A stretch of DNA of 63,833 nucleotides, the filler included, from Octopus bimaculoides (taxonomy: Eukaryota): NCBI RefSeq assembly GCF_001194135.2. It is 10 parts of 9 records of this genome, joined end to end, with 100 filler letters (N's around TTAATTAATTAA, not from the genome) between each part and the next. Parts side by side here need not be neighbours in the genome. Positions count along the whole stretch, not along the records: positions 43,791 to 50,197 come from NC_069002.1; positions 50,298 to 52,274 come from NW_026299740.1; positions 52,375 to 56,577 come from NC_068999.1; positions 56,678 to 59,952 come from NC_068983.1; positions 60,053 to 62,112 come from NW_026376087.1; positions 62,213 to 63,833 come from NC_068995.1; 4 more parts are not named here. The stretch is one strand, 5' to 3'. Every line of letters starts with the position of its first letter. Positions within the stretch are counted from its first letter, which is position 1. A program made the translations under genes and the position numbers. Positions 49,916 through 63,101 of this stretch are shown piece after piece. The notes under the pieces were generated by a model. It was not told the origin of the DNA. It did not search any database and saw only the letters and a program-made list of their open reading frames with translations.

Positions 49916-50571
49916 CGCTGGATATTATATATTATATATATAATACAGAATGGGACAAGAACGCAAAACATCCAGACAGTTAGGTGAGACAAGAAAGGGA
50001 CAAAACTTAAAGCTAGACGATACAAAGAAAACACGGACATGTCATTCGGAGTTTTCTCTCTTCAGTCGAGATCCAGATTATTTTTGCAATTTCGGCTGGT
50101 TATATATATATGCATATATAATACACATATATATGTAAGCTTGTACTGTATACTTCTATACGACTGAGTGTGTGTGCGGAACTGTATGCTTGTGTGTNNN
50201 NNNNNNNNNNNNNNNNNNNNNNNNNNNNNNNNNNNNNNNNNTTAATTAATTAANNNNNNNNNNNNNNNNNNNNNNNNNNNNNNNNNNNNNNNNNNNNTCT
50301 ACATGTATATATAGATGCATATCTAGGTACAGGACGTCACAAAAAAAAAACGTGGACAAAATGAAAAACAAAACATAAACAGGGCACAGAAAACAAACAG
50401 GCCACATAGGGAATATTTCCTTCATCAGCTGCCCCTATTCTAAACTAAGGGTTTCGAAGGACACACACACACACATATATATATATCGTTTGTAGAAATA
50501 CATAAATCCGGAGGACAAGCACACTCTAAGATGTAGAGGAGTTAATATTATAGTGGGGTAGGTCGGTTTAT

Positions 50572-51096
50572 GGGGTTACCCTGGGTTTCTAGCTCATAAG
50601 GGGTACCTTCAAACCCCAAAGACTGCTGCCCTGAGACCTCTTTAAAATATGGAGGTTGAAAACCTCGTTTTGAAGGGTAAAACTCTAGGCGATTATTTCC
50701 CTTTGCCATTGTCCATCGCTCTTCGGCCACGCTGCCATCTTGCGGTCACCAATGCACCACGAAGGTAAGCGATTGTCTCCCTTCGGTCTTGGCTATTGGT
50801 TTCCGGTTATGGTGCCGCCCTGCAGATTCCAAAAAGCCTGCAGGAATTTTTTAAAATGCAAGCATGGTCCAGGAAGGAGATTTTCGGATCATGCTTGTTT
50901 TGGTGACCGCAAGATGGCAGCGCAACTGAAGATCGATGAACAATGGCAAATGGAGATAATCGCCTAGGGTTTTACCCATAAAAGCGAAACTTTTCCCCCT
51001 CCATATTTTAAAACGGTCTCAGGCCAGCAGTGTTTGGGGTCTGAAGATACGCCGTAAGGCTAAGCCCCTTAAAAGTGAGAAAGCCAGGGTAACTCC
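50572..51096. repeat. Long imperfect inverted repeat (foldback): arms 50572-50752 and 50900-51096, spacer 147 bp
   Basis: gctgccatcttgcggtcaccaa (50731-50752) is the exact reverse complement of 50900-50921. Similarity continues to the outer ends ggggttaccctgggtttct / agaaagccagggtaactcc. Confidence 0.9.
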
Positions 51097-51419
51097 TTCG
51101 TTTAAGCGTAGCAGAACTAATAACCTGGAGTAAAACCCAAAATAAATATGGTCCAGAAGACAATATGGGATGAGTATAGAGTGGTAACAGGAACGAAGAG
51201 ATGTCACAGAAAAAAAAAATGAAGGTTATGTCTTGAACTTTATTTGTATATTACATGCAGCTCGTTTTGCGGTTTTAGTAAGTCATCGGGGTGCTTGACC
51301 GCCTTTGATACTTTTGTATCGTCAGCATAGCCAGTGAGAGTCGACAGTGCGGTTGAGGGCATGTCTGAAAGAGCCACCAAAAGCAGTAGTGGCCCACCTG
51401 TATATATATATAACAAATC

Positions 51420-51547
51420 TCCCCCAGGACTTATTCTTTGTAAGTACTTATTCTATCGGTCACTTTGCCGAACCGCTAAGTTACGGAGAAGTAAACACAC
51501 CAACATCGGTTGTCAAGCGATGGTGGGGGACAAGCACAGACACATAA

Positions 51548-51580
<33 letters not shown>
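51420..51580 (-). mobile_element. SINE family A, 3' half, cut by a gap at its internal microsatellite
   Basis: ccaggacttattctttgtaag...gtcaagcgatggtgggggacaa followed by (CA)n and Ns. Confidence 0.8.
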
Positions 51581-51904
51581 NNNNNNNNNNNNNNNNNNNN
51601 NNNNNNNNNNNNNNNNNNNNNNNNNNNNNNNNNNNNNNNNNNNNNNNNNNNNNNNNNNNNNNNNNNNNNNNNNNNNNNNNNNNNNNNNNNNNNNNNNNNN
51701 NNNNNNNNNNNNNNNNNNNNNNNNNNNNNNNNNNNNNNNNNNNNNNNNNNNNNNNNNNNNNNNNNNNNNNNNNNNNNNNNNNNNNNNNNNNNNNNNNNNN
51801 NNNNNNNNNNNNNNNNNNNNNNNNNNNNNNNNNNNNNNNNNNNNNNNNNNNNNNNNNNNNNNNNNNNNNNNNNNNNNNNNNNNNNNNNNNNNNNCATACA
51901 TACA

Positions 51905-51936
<32 letters not shown>

Positions 51937-52019
51937 CATATATATATATACATATATATATATACATATATATATATATATGTTTGTGTGTGTGTGTGTG
52001 TGTAAATATTCTCTTCTTT

Positions 52020-52274
52020 TATTCTTTTACTTGTTTCAGTCATTTTGACTGTGGCCATGGTGGAGCACCGCCTTTAGTCGAACAAATCTATCCCAGAGCT
52101 TATTCTTTGCAAGCTTATCACTTTGCCGAACTGCTAAGTTATCGGAGATGTAAACGCACCTCCATCGGTTTCAAGCGATGTTGGGGGACGAGGGGACAAA
52201 CAGAGACACACAAACATATATACACACGTATATACATACATATATATATATATACACATACATACATACATATA
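52020..52274 (-). mobile_element. SINE family A, 3' half, cut by a gap
   Basis: cttttacttgtttcagtcatttt...ggagcaccgcctttagtcg, then a microsatellite and Ns. Confidence 0.8.
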
Positions 52275-52374
52275 NNNNNNNNNNNNNNNNNNNNNNNNNN
52301 NNNNNNNNNNNNNNNNNNTTAATTAATTAANNNNNNNNNNNNNNNNNNNNNNNNNNNNNNNNNNNNNNNNNNNN

Positions 52375-52457
<83 letters not shown>

Positions 52458-52681
52458 TTATATAGCGTATAGATATCTTATCTTTGTTTTATATGTAAAT
52501 CTACTCATTGGTAAATACAAACACCTAATCACACACATATATACACCCACACACCAGATTCAAACGCACTCACAAACTCACATATGAACACATGCCTCAC
52601 AAAGACATACACACACTCACACTTATATATAGGTGTATGTGTGTGAGTGTCGGTTTGTGTGTGTAAGTATGTGTTTGTGTA

Positions 52682-52739
<58 letters not shown>

Positions 52740-53933
52740 CGCGTATAGTCATCTGCATCCAACGCAAATACACATTACAATACATGAATTGTGCCTTGAC
52801 TGTGAACTCATTTCCTTTCTGTCTTCTTTATATAGCTCCCTATTCAAATGAGTGATGCAAGAAATTGCATATGGGGGCTGGCTGCCACTAATATGATGGC
52901 GGAAGAAAGGATACAGAGAAAAGATAATATAAATGTCAGTGAGCGGAGTTCAGAATAATATTCATATGCTCATATGCACATATGCGTATATATATATATA
53001 TATATATATATNNNNNNNNNNNNNNNNNNNNNNNNNNNNNNNNNNNNNNNNNNNNNNNNNNNNNNNNNNNNNNNNNNNNNNNNNNNNNNNNNNNNNNNNN
53101 NNNNNNNNNNNNNNNNNNNNNNNNNNNNNNNNNNNNNNNNNNNNNNNNNNNNNNNNNNNNNNNNNNNNNNNNNNNNNNNNNNNNNNNNNNNNNNNNNNNN
53201 NNNNNNNNNNNNNNNNNNNNNNNNNNNNNNNNNNNNNNNNNNNNNNNNNNNNNNNNNNNNNNNNNNNNNNNNNNNNNNNNNNNNNNNNNNNNNNNNNNNN
53301 NNNNNNNNNNNNNNNNNNNNNNNNNNNNNNNNNNNNNNNNNNNNNNNNNNNNNNNNNNNNNNNNNNNNNNNNNNNNNNNNNNNNNNNNNNNNNNNNNNNN
53401 NNNNNNNNNNNNNNNNNNNNNNNNNNNNNNNNNNNNNNNNNNNNNNNNNNNNNNNNNNNNNNNNNNNNNNNNNNNNNNNNNNNNNNNNNNNNNNNNNNNN
53501 NNNNNNNNNNNNNNNNNNNNNNNNNNNNNNNNNNNNNNNNNNNNNNNNNNNNNNNNNNNNNNNNNNNNNNNNNNNNNNNNNNNNNNNNNNNNNNNNNNNN
53601 NNNNNNNNNNNNNNNNNNNNNNNNNNNNNNNNNNNNNNNNNNNNNNNNNNNNNNNNNNNNNNNNNNNNNNNNNNNNNNNNNNNNNNNNNNNNNNNNNNNN
53701 NNNNNNNNNNNNNNNNNNNNNNNNNNNNNNNNNNNNNNNNNNNNNNNNNNNNNNNNNNNNNNNNNNNNNNNNNNNNNNNNNNNNNNNNNNNNNNNNNNNN
53801 NNNNNNNNNNNNNNNNNNNNNNNNNNNNNNNNNNNNNNNNNNNNNNNNNNNNNNNNNNNNNNNNNNNNNNNNNNNNNNNNNNNNNNNNNNNNNNNNNNNN
53901 NNNNNNNNNNNNNNNNNNNNNNNNNNNNNNNNN

Positions 53934-53974
<41 letters not shown>

Positions 53975-54944
53975 ATATGCGCGCACTGTTATTTTACGTA
54001 CGCACATATGTGAGTGTATACATATATACACATACACATACATATACGCATATAAATGTATATACACACATACATCTAAATGTCTCTCTATATATGTGTG
54101 TGTGTGCTTACTATAAATATGCATTCATAAATATCCACATACACATATATATATATATATACATACATACATATATCTATGCATGTATGCATAGATTTAT
54201 GTATATGTGATCGTATGTATGCATGCAATGTATGTGTGCCATTATATACACAAGAGAATGCGTTTACATGCTCTGTCGCTCTCATACAAACACGCATATT
54301 TATTAGATAAATATACATGCGTATGTGTGAATGTTTATATTTGTGTATTCGATCGTGAAAGTACAATTCATCTCGCTCTCTTTCTCCCTCCCTTCCTTAT
54401 TTCTCTTTCTCTCTCACACACACACATACGCACACACTTACACACACATTGTCTTTCTATCTCATTCTTCCTCTCTCCGATGAAAACAACCTATCTTGGA
54501 AAACATCTTGAACGTATTAAAAGAACAATTAGATGACTATAATAGCAAATGACCGATAAAACGCAAGGCAAATGTCGACAAATCTGCATTACAGATAACG
54601 TTTATCGGAGAAATCTCTTATGTCAACACTGCTAATCGTCAATGACAACTGTGAAATAGCTGTGGAGGGTTCGAAACGGAGATTTTGTTTTTTATTTGGA
54701 TTCCAAAATAGTAAAATTTGTTGCTTAAACCTCTTCCGGATCCTGGAGACTCGTGATCAAATCTGTTCCGGTCATGACCACACCGTCTATTTTTTTTTTT
54801 TTTTAGAATTTATTTTTATTTTACAAATACAGTATTTTGGGAACTAAATCGTTCCACGCGCTCTTTTTAGGGAATTTGAGGAGAGGTTTAAGCTGTTGTT
54901 TCAAGCAGCATTATATCGCTCCCGTGAATGCCAAGTTGACTATA

Positions 54945-55098
54945 TTGGGATTTGAACTCAGAACGTAAGTGACGTAACTAAACACTGCAAATAAGTTTTA
55001 TCGTTGCTCTACCGATTTTCTTTTCTACTCTAGGCACAAGGCCGGAAATTTTTGGGGAGGGGGCCAGTCGATTAGATCGACCCATTATGCAACTGGTA
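54945..55098 (-). mobile_element. SINE family B fragments ending at a gap
   Basis: tttgaactcagaacgtaa head piece plus a ctactctaggcacaagg tail. Confidence 0.72.
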
Positions 55099-56234
55099 NN
55101 NNNNNNNNNNNNNNNNNNNNNNNNNNNNNNNNNNNNNNNNNNNNNNNNNNNNNNNNNNNNNNNNNNNNNNNNNNNNNNNNNNNNNNNNNNNNNNNNNNNN
55201 NNNNNNNNNNNNNNNNNNNNNNNNNNNNNNNNNNNNNNNNNNNNNNNNNNNNNNNNNNNNNNNNNNNNNNNNNNNNNNNNNNNNNNNNNNNNNNNNNNNN
55301 NNNNNNNNNNNNNNNNNNNNNNNNNNNNNNNNNNNNNNNNNNNNNNNNNNNNNNNNNNNNNNNNNNNNNNNNNNNNNNNNNNNNNNNNNNNNNNNNNNNN
55401 NNNNNNNNNNNNNNNNNNNNNNNNNNNNNNNNNNNNNNNNNNNNNNNNNNNNNNNNNNNNNNNNNNNNNNNNNNNNNNNNNNNNNNNNNNNNNNNNNNNN
55501 NNNNNNNNNNNNNNNNNNNNNNNNNNNNNNNNNNNNNNNNNNNNNNNNNNNNNNNNNNNNNNNNNNNNNNNNNNNNNNNNNNNNNNNNNNNNNNNNNNNN
55601 TATATATATATATATATATCATTTAACGTAATTTGTTTTTCCATCCTATTTCATTGACACAACTTGGAACTCGTAACTATTTAATATATATTTTGTGCAG
55701 CTGGTTCATTTAACCGTATTACATCATCCACTTCCATCGACATTTTCCTTTCAATAATTTGTACTATCTCCTACATTAACATTGCTCACATAATCGCTAT
55801 CTGTTTGTTTATTTAGTTAATTAATAACCCAGAATTTTTCTTTAATATCTAAATCACTTTTCCACGGTTATCTCATTACTCACCTTACTAACTTCCCTTT
55901 GCATTAAAGACTTCCGCCAGAAACTTACTGTCCTTTTACCAATTTTTGTTACTAATCTCCAAGCTCCGATCTTTCGTATTTATTTAGGATTCTTACAACC
56001 CTCTCATCTTTCATTTAGTCCTTACTCCTAATTTGGTATCAAACTATTTAAAAAAATATACCCCGACCTTTGTCACTATTCTGTATTGAGGTTTTTCAAA
56101 TGACTTTTTTTTTGTTTTTTCTTTTACTCATTCTTGTGTTTTCAAACTAAAAATTCTTTAACTAAAAGCAAATCAGCCACTGAGTTAGATTTACATAGAG
56201 AAATACATATATACAAAAACCAAGCAACGAGGCA

Positions 56235-56375
56235 TTTGACATTCCGCCGGCGACGGCTTTGCTTTTCATCCTTTTATGCTCGATAAAATAAGTACCAGTT
56301 GTGTACTGGGGTCGATCTCATCGACTGGCTCCCTCCCAAAAAATTTCGGGCTGTGTGCCTAGAGTAGAAAAGAAT
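56235..56375 (+). mobile_element. SINE family B, 3' half
   Basis: gctttt-catcc...gataaaataagtaccagtt...tgtgcctagagtagaaaag. Confidence 0.78.
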
Positions 56376-56941
56376 TTTCACTTCCAAGAGAATGGTAAAC
56401 TCGTGACGATAACGGAAGACACTTAATATGTCGCTCGATTAATGACACGACACTTAATTCCTGTCTCGAAACAACCAACCAACCAGCCAACCACACCACC
56501 TCTTTCTTAACAATACAGTAAAATGAACAATAAAAAAAAGCAAATCGTCATTATGAAATTATTGTTAAATTAATGATNNNNNNNNNNNNNNNNNNNNNNN
56601 NNNNNNNNNNNNNNNNNNNNNTTAATTAATTAANNNNNNNNNNNNNNNNNNNNNNNNNNNNNNNNNNNNNNNNNNNNTTCAAATATGAAGAAAAACAATG
56701 GGCACAATAGTCACACTGCCTCTTATAATATTAATGATAAGATGTTTAGAAGATGAAAAATCCAGTCTGAGATATATATATATATATATATATATATAAG
56801 GATTGTAAAAACCAACTGAAGCCACTGTTAATACTTTCTTTGTAAGAATAAATGTGATACTTTACTTAAATGTACTGAGTGAGATTTCAATTAATGTTTG
56901 ACTATTTTCATATATAACTATGTAGAACCACAAACATTTAC

Positions 56942-57034
56942 CTTCTCGCCCACACAACCAGCCATAAATATTTTCAATTCTTGTATATGCTTAAATTTTA
57001 CATCTGGTAGAGTCCAGGTTGGATGATTGGAGAG
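56942..57034 (-). CDS. Candidate internal coding exon of an unidentified gene (LSNHPTWTLPDVKFKHIQELKIFMAGCVGEK)
   Basis: 93 nt, phase 0-0, no stops. Acceptor gtttctcctttaataattgtcatcag|, donor AAG|GTAAAT. Non-repetitive sequence. Protein not recognised. Confidence 0.6.
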
Positions 57035-57117
57035 CTGATGACAATTATTAAAGGAGAAACACGTATGTTCAGAGCTGTCCTCTTATCTCCAGAAAACCCA
57101 GATGGACTTTTCTTTAA

Positions 57118-57425
57118 CCTTTTAGCAGTTAGATTACTCTGTCAAATGTAATGCTTATATTCTTTTATTTGTTTCAGTCATTTTTTACTGCAGTCATGCT
57201 GGAGCACCACCTTAAAGGGTTTTTTAGTCAAAGAAATCAACTCAGGACTTATTCTTTGCAAGCCTAGTACTTATTCTATCAGTCTCTTTTATGGAGACCA
57301 ACATCAGTTGTCAAGGGATGGAGGGGGGGACAAACAAATACACTCACTCACACACACACACACACACATGCACACACACACACACACACACACACNNNNN
57401 NNNNNNNNNNNNNNNNNNNNNNNNN

Positions 57426-57463
<38 letters not shown>

Positions 57464-57819
57464 GATGGGTTTCTTTCAGTTTCTGTCTACCAAATTCACT
57501 CACAAGGCTTTGGTCGGCCTGAGACTATAGCGGAAGACACTTGCCCAAGGTATCATGCAGTGGGACTGAACCCGGAACCGTGTAGTTGGGACGCAAGCTT
57601 CTTACCACACAGCCATACCTGCGCCTATAGTCACATTATATATTCACATTGTTTTGAATTAATTATGCATTATCTTTTTGCTTTGAGATTTTAATGTTAT
57701 AAACTGTTTTATTTTAGAATAACATTGTAGGGTAGGGGTGAGAGGATGAACCTGGCCAGTTTGAACATAAAACAAGTAGAACATTTTGGCTAGACATGGT
57801 TGGTTTAAATGCTAAAGGG
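57118..57819. mobile_element. piggyBac-like MITE interrupted by a SINE-A copy
   Basis: TTAA|CCTTTTAGCA ... TGCTAAAGGG|TTAA. Both halves align to the 23024 copy. Confidence 0.7.
57163..57638 (-). mobile_element. SINE family A nested in a piggyBac-like MITE
   Basis: Shared core with an internal (CA)n-gap-(TA)n tract. Possible TSD TATATTC. Confidence 0.82.
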
Positions 57820-59005
57820 TTAATAGCCAGTTAATCCCAGATAATTCTTGCTTCATAAGAATATTTACATCTCATTTGCAATTGGTTGCAATTGCCACCA
57901 GGTGTTAGTTTACCTTCTCTTGAAGCAGGAGTAATTCCAGTATACATAAACATACATGTTTCTCTCTCACTCAACAGAGACAGAGTATGTGTGTTGTAGA
58001 GAGTAACAGAGAGAGAGAAGGAGAGAAAGAGAGTGATATTGAAGAAATAATTCAAATAGAGAGGAAGCATGGTAGATTGTCAATGTAACTGCTCCTGCTA
58101 CTCTTAATTGTGACTTGACTCTGTGAGTGAGAGTGTATTTATGTGTCTTTTACAAATGTATAAAGAGATTGAAAGAGAAAGAGAGAGAAAGACAGCAATT
58201 AAAAGTAGATTCTAATCCTGTTACCACAACTCTATGGCTTGAATTGCCTTAAAAATCTAACTTGGAAATTATAAATCATATATAAACACATACATACACA
58301 CATGTAGCTACAGAATTGAACATGCACACGTGTGTGTATATATATTTTATATATACGGTATATTCATAAGCAAATACATGCATGCAAAAATATACATATA
58401 TGCACACATGTTCACACATAAACATATACCTATACAAACATTTGCATATAGATATTGTATACAAGCAAATTCATTTATATATGAATGCAAACATATATAT
58501 ATGTAATCATGCATGTCTGCACATACACATCTATCTATTTATCTTCACATACACAAGTTTACATAAAGGCATATAAAAATATGTGAAGAAGGTATATACA
58601 AGTGGGGTTTGTATATAAGACAATTATTACCTATAGCTAAAAAATGAATGAGCAACATTAGTGAGTATCTCCTAGCATGTTTTCATATAAGTACTAATGC
58701 AAACACATTAGCAAATCTGCATATGAGTANNNNNNNNNNNNNNNNNNNNNNNNNNNNNNNNNNNNNNNNNNNNNNNNNNNNNNNNNNNNNNNNNNNNNNN
58801 NNNNNNNNNNNNNNNNNNNNNNNNNNNNNNNNNNNNNNNNNNNNNNNNNNNNNNNNNNNNNNNNNNNNNNNNNNNNNNNNNNNNNNNNNNNNNNNNNNNN
58901 NNNNNNNNNNNNNNNNNNNNNNNNNNNNNNNNNNNNNNNNNNNNNNNNNNNNNNNNNNNNNNNNNNNNNNNNNNNNNNNNNNNNNNNNNNNNNNNNNNNN
59001 NNNNN

Positions 59006-59040
<35 letters not shown>

Positions 59041-59067
59041 TCTATATATATATATATATGTATACTA

Positions 59068-59228
59068 CACTCTCTGAGTGGTTGGTGTTAGGAAGGGCAT
59101 CCAGCTGTAGAAACTCTGCCAAATCAGATTGGAGCCTGGTGTTGCCATCCGGTTTCACCAGTCCTCAGTCAAATCGTCCAACCCATGCTAGCATGGAAAG
59201 CGGACGTTAAACGATGATGATGATGATA
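59068..59228 (+). mobile_element. 3' end of an RTE-related SINE/LINE with a (GAT)n tail
   Basis: gagtggttggtgttaggaagggcatccagctgtagaaa...aacccatgctagcatggaaagcggacgttaaacgatgatgatg. Recognised from recall only; single copy in this window. Confidence 0.55.
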
Positions 59229-59685
59229 TATATATATATATATATATGGAAAGAAGTGTATTCCCAAGCAGGAAAAAGCATAGGAGAATTTGTTTTGGGG
59301 TTTGAAAATGAACCTGAATCTGAAAAAACGTGTAGTCATTTTTAGATAGATTTATTCGCAGACCAGACTAGTTTCAACAATTTTTTGCTTATCAATGGTA
59401 GAAATATATATATATATATTACATACATATATATTACATACATATATATAAAAGTGGGGTTTTAGGAGAGTTTAAAATTCCAAGGTAAAAAACTAGACAA
59501 ACATGTTTAAACCATCAAATGTTCAAATGTTCATAGAAATTTCAATGAGTTTCATATGGATAGATAGTAATATCAATGTAAATGTTTGATGAAGATCATA
59601 AAAAATGTATATGATTGAAAGTTCACTCTCATAGCTGACTTACTACACAGTATCTATCTATCTATCTACATATATATATATATAT

Positions 59686-59952
59686 GGGGAGTGGCTGTGT
59701 GGTAAGTAGCTTGCCTACCAACCACATGGTTCCGGGTTCATTCCCACTGTGTGGCACCTTGGGCAAGTGTCTTCTACTATAGCCTCGGGCCGACCAAAGA
59801 CTTGTGAGTGGATTTGGTAGACGGAAACTGAAAGAAGCCCATCGTATATATGTATATGTATGTGTGTGTATGTGTTTGTGTGTCTGTGTTTGTCCCCCAA
59901 CATCATTTGACAACCAATGCTTGTGTTTATGTCCCTGTAACTTAGCGGTTTG
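59686..59952 (+). mobile_element. SINE family A (runs into a gap)
   Basis: A-box-like gagtggctgtgtggtaag, B-box-like ggttcattccc and the shared core. Confidence 0.88.
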
Positions 59953-60052
59953 NNNNNNNNNNNNNNNNNNNNNNNNNNNNNNNNNNNNNNNNNNNNTTAA
60001 TTAATTAANNNNNNNNNNNNNNNNNNNNNNNNNNNNNNNNNNNNNNNNNNNN

Positions 60053-60089
<37 letters not shown>

Positions 60090-60323
60090 TATATGTGCAT
60101 ATGTATATATAAATATATATATATATATAGTTGTATGGCTTGTGTGTTAGTGTCTGTTTGTGTATTTGTGTGGGGGGGAGGGGGTATGAATGTGTGTGTG
60201 TATACATGCATAGATGCTTATATATGGTGTATAGATGATGTATATAATGTACATATTTGGAATATATATGTATACATATAGATATATAGATAGATATGTA
60301 TATATATATATGCATATGTATAT

Positions 60324-60375
<52 letters not shown>

Positions 60376-61028
60376 NNNNNNNNNNNNNNNNNNNNNNNNN
60401 NNNNNNNNNNNNNNNNNNNNNNNNNNNNNNNNNNNNNNNNNNNNNNNNNNNNNNNNNNNNNNNNNNNNNNNNNNNNNNNNNNNNNNNNNNNNNNNNNNNN
60501 NNNNNNNNNNNNNNNNNNNNNNNNNNNNNNNNNNNNNNNNNNNNNNNNNNNNNNNNNNNNNNNNNNNNNNNNNNNNNNNNNNNNNNNNNNNNNNNNNNNN
60601 NNNNNNNNNNNNNNNNNNNNNNNNNNNNNNNNNNNNNNNNNNNNNNNNNNNNNNNNNNNNNNNNNNNNNNNNNNNNNNNNNNNNNNNNNNNNNNNNNNNN
60701 NNNNNNNNNNNNNNNNNNNNNNNNNNNNNNNNNNNNNNNNNNNNNNNNNNNNNNNNNNNNNNNNNNNNNNNNNNNNNNNNNNNNNNNNNNNNNNNNNNNN
60801 NNNNNNNNNNNNNNNNNNNNNNNNNNNNNNNNNNNNNNNNNNNNNNNNNNNNNNNNNNNNNNNNNNNNNNNNNNNNNNNNNNNNNNNNNNNNNNNNNNNN
60901 NNNNNNNNNNNNNNNNNNNNNNNNNNNNNNNNNNNNNNNNNNNNNNNNNNNNNNNNNNNNNNNNNNNNNNNNNNNNNNNNNNNNNNNNNNNNNNNNNNNN
61001 NNAAAATCCCAAATGGAAACAGGTATGC

Positions 61029-61061
<33 letters not shown>

Positions 61062-61161
61062 CATACACTTGTACTTTATTAACACAATGACTCACACATG
61101 ATGCAACAATATCATACATATACAATATATTTTCAAGTATCTATGTAATTATATGTGCACA

Positions 61162-61253
<92 letters not shown>

Positions 61254-61289
61254 TACACATACACACATACACACATACACACATGCACA

Positions 61290-61328
<39 letters not shown>

Positions 61329-61731
61329 GTCAATATATTCCTGCATCCTTGCACTCACATGTATTTATGAAGATTTCTGACATATTTTCTTTTATTCTGT
61401 GTACTTTGCATATATTTCTAGCATTCATTCTTGTTTTTCTATACTGAATTTATGGCTGCTGTCAGGCTCATATATTAACCTATTAACCTTTTCATATAAC
61501 ATGTAGTGCACCTGAGCACTCTATACAATTATGCCATATCATTATATATACTTATACTTATTTACATATATATATATAAATGTATATGTATATATATAAA
61601 CACCCTCTCAGCTACATTCTTATATAAATACACATATATTTATATAAACATGTATATGTATATATATGACATACTTACAATCATATGTATATGTGTGTAT
61701 CTACTTATCTATTTATGTCTCTCTCTCTCTC

Positions 61732-61779
<48 letters not shown>

Positions 61780-61781
61780 TG

Positions 61782-61828
<47 letters not shown>

Positions 61829-62112
61829 TGTACACACACATGCATTATTATATGTACACTTACATATCATAAATTTTACATATATCTATTGTGTGGATAT
61901 GTATATAATACACGCTTTATAACATATACATAAAATAATATGTACATGAAATATGTTTTACACACATACATATATATGTATATATATTTATATACATATA
62001 TAAATGTATATATATGCAGATATAATATTCATATTCTATATATATAATATTTACATGTGTATATGTATAATTTGTTATGCATGAAATATTATATATATAT
62101 ATATATGTGTAT
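60053..62112. repeat. Extended (TA)n/(CA)n low-complexity region with gaps
   Basis: Directly visible. Confidence 0.85.
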
Positions 62113-62656
62113 NNNNNNNNNNNNNNNNNNNNNNNNNNNNNNNNNNNNNNNNNNNNTTAATTAATTAANNNNNNNNNNNNNNNNNNNNNNNNNNNNNNNN
62201 NNNNNNNNNNNNTGTGTGTATGTATATATATATATATATAAAACCTGCTCTCACAAAAAAACTGGTTGCACGATTAATTTCCAACAATTACATAAAACCG
62301 GAAGAGATCTATTTTCAGAAAGTACATAACATAATAAAAGGAAAAATTACACAATTAATTAGTCTTATTTCTGATTGTATTTTACTCATTATTATTCCTA
62401 TTGCTATGAATAATTCTCCTAATTTTCGCACAGACGTAGTAAAACCACAACTAGGTTATAGTTTTATACTCGTACCATTGCGTCTTCTCAATGGTCCTGT
62501 ACGATTTCTTTGAAATTATGTTTTTGTTTACCGTCGCATCTTGCCATTTATGGCGTGTATGCGTGATTTTATCGAAATTTCACATGAAAATAAATGAATG
62601 TTTACTCATCAAAGAATATAATTTCCCTGTAAGTAATTAGGTCTTTCGCTGGTAGA

Positions 62657-62888
62657 TGTTGTTGCTGTTGGCACTCCGTCGCTTACGACGTCGAGGGTTC
62701 CAGTTGATCCGATCAACGGAACAGCCTGCTCGTGAAATTAACGTGCAAGTGGCTGAGCACTCCACAGACACATGTACCCTTAACGTAGTTCTCGGGGGGG
62801 ATGTTCAGCGTGACACAGTGTGACAAGGCTGACCCTTTGAATTACAGGCACAACAGAAACAGGAAGAGTGAGAGAAAGTTGTGGTGAA
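62657..62888 (-). mobile_element. SINE-like repeat, family C
   Basis: Second copy of the 4856 element, abutting a SINE-A copy. Confidence 0.8.
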
Positions 62889-62889
62889 T

Positions 62890-63018
62890 CCCAGGACTTA
62901 TTCTATCAGTTTCTTTTGCCGAACCGCTAAGTTACGGAGACGTAAATACATTAACACCGGTTGTCAAGCGATGGTGGGGGGACAAACACAGACATGAATA
63001 TATATACACACACACACG

Positions 63019-63101
<83 letters not shown>

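Noticed and set aside
50030-50070. Minus-strand CTGAAGA-GAG-AAAA-CTC-CGAAT-GACATGTC
   Set aside because: GAAA is disrupted and stem I does not pair.
50415-50460. Minus-strand GAAA...CTGATGA in permuted order (possible type II hammerhead)
   Set aside because: Stems I and III cannot be formed convincingly.
57034-57068. Plus-strand CTGATGA...GAAACACGTA
   Set aside because: There is no stem II pairing, and it is explained by the reverse complement of the splice acceptor of the 57034 exon.
9076-62168. Nine regularly recurring TTAATTAATTAA palindromes resembling a dispersed motif or repeat-spacer array
   Set aside because: Each is centred in an identical 44N+12+44N block, so it is an artificial six-frame-stop assembly linker. 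Contig order and distance across these points are uncertain.
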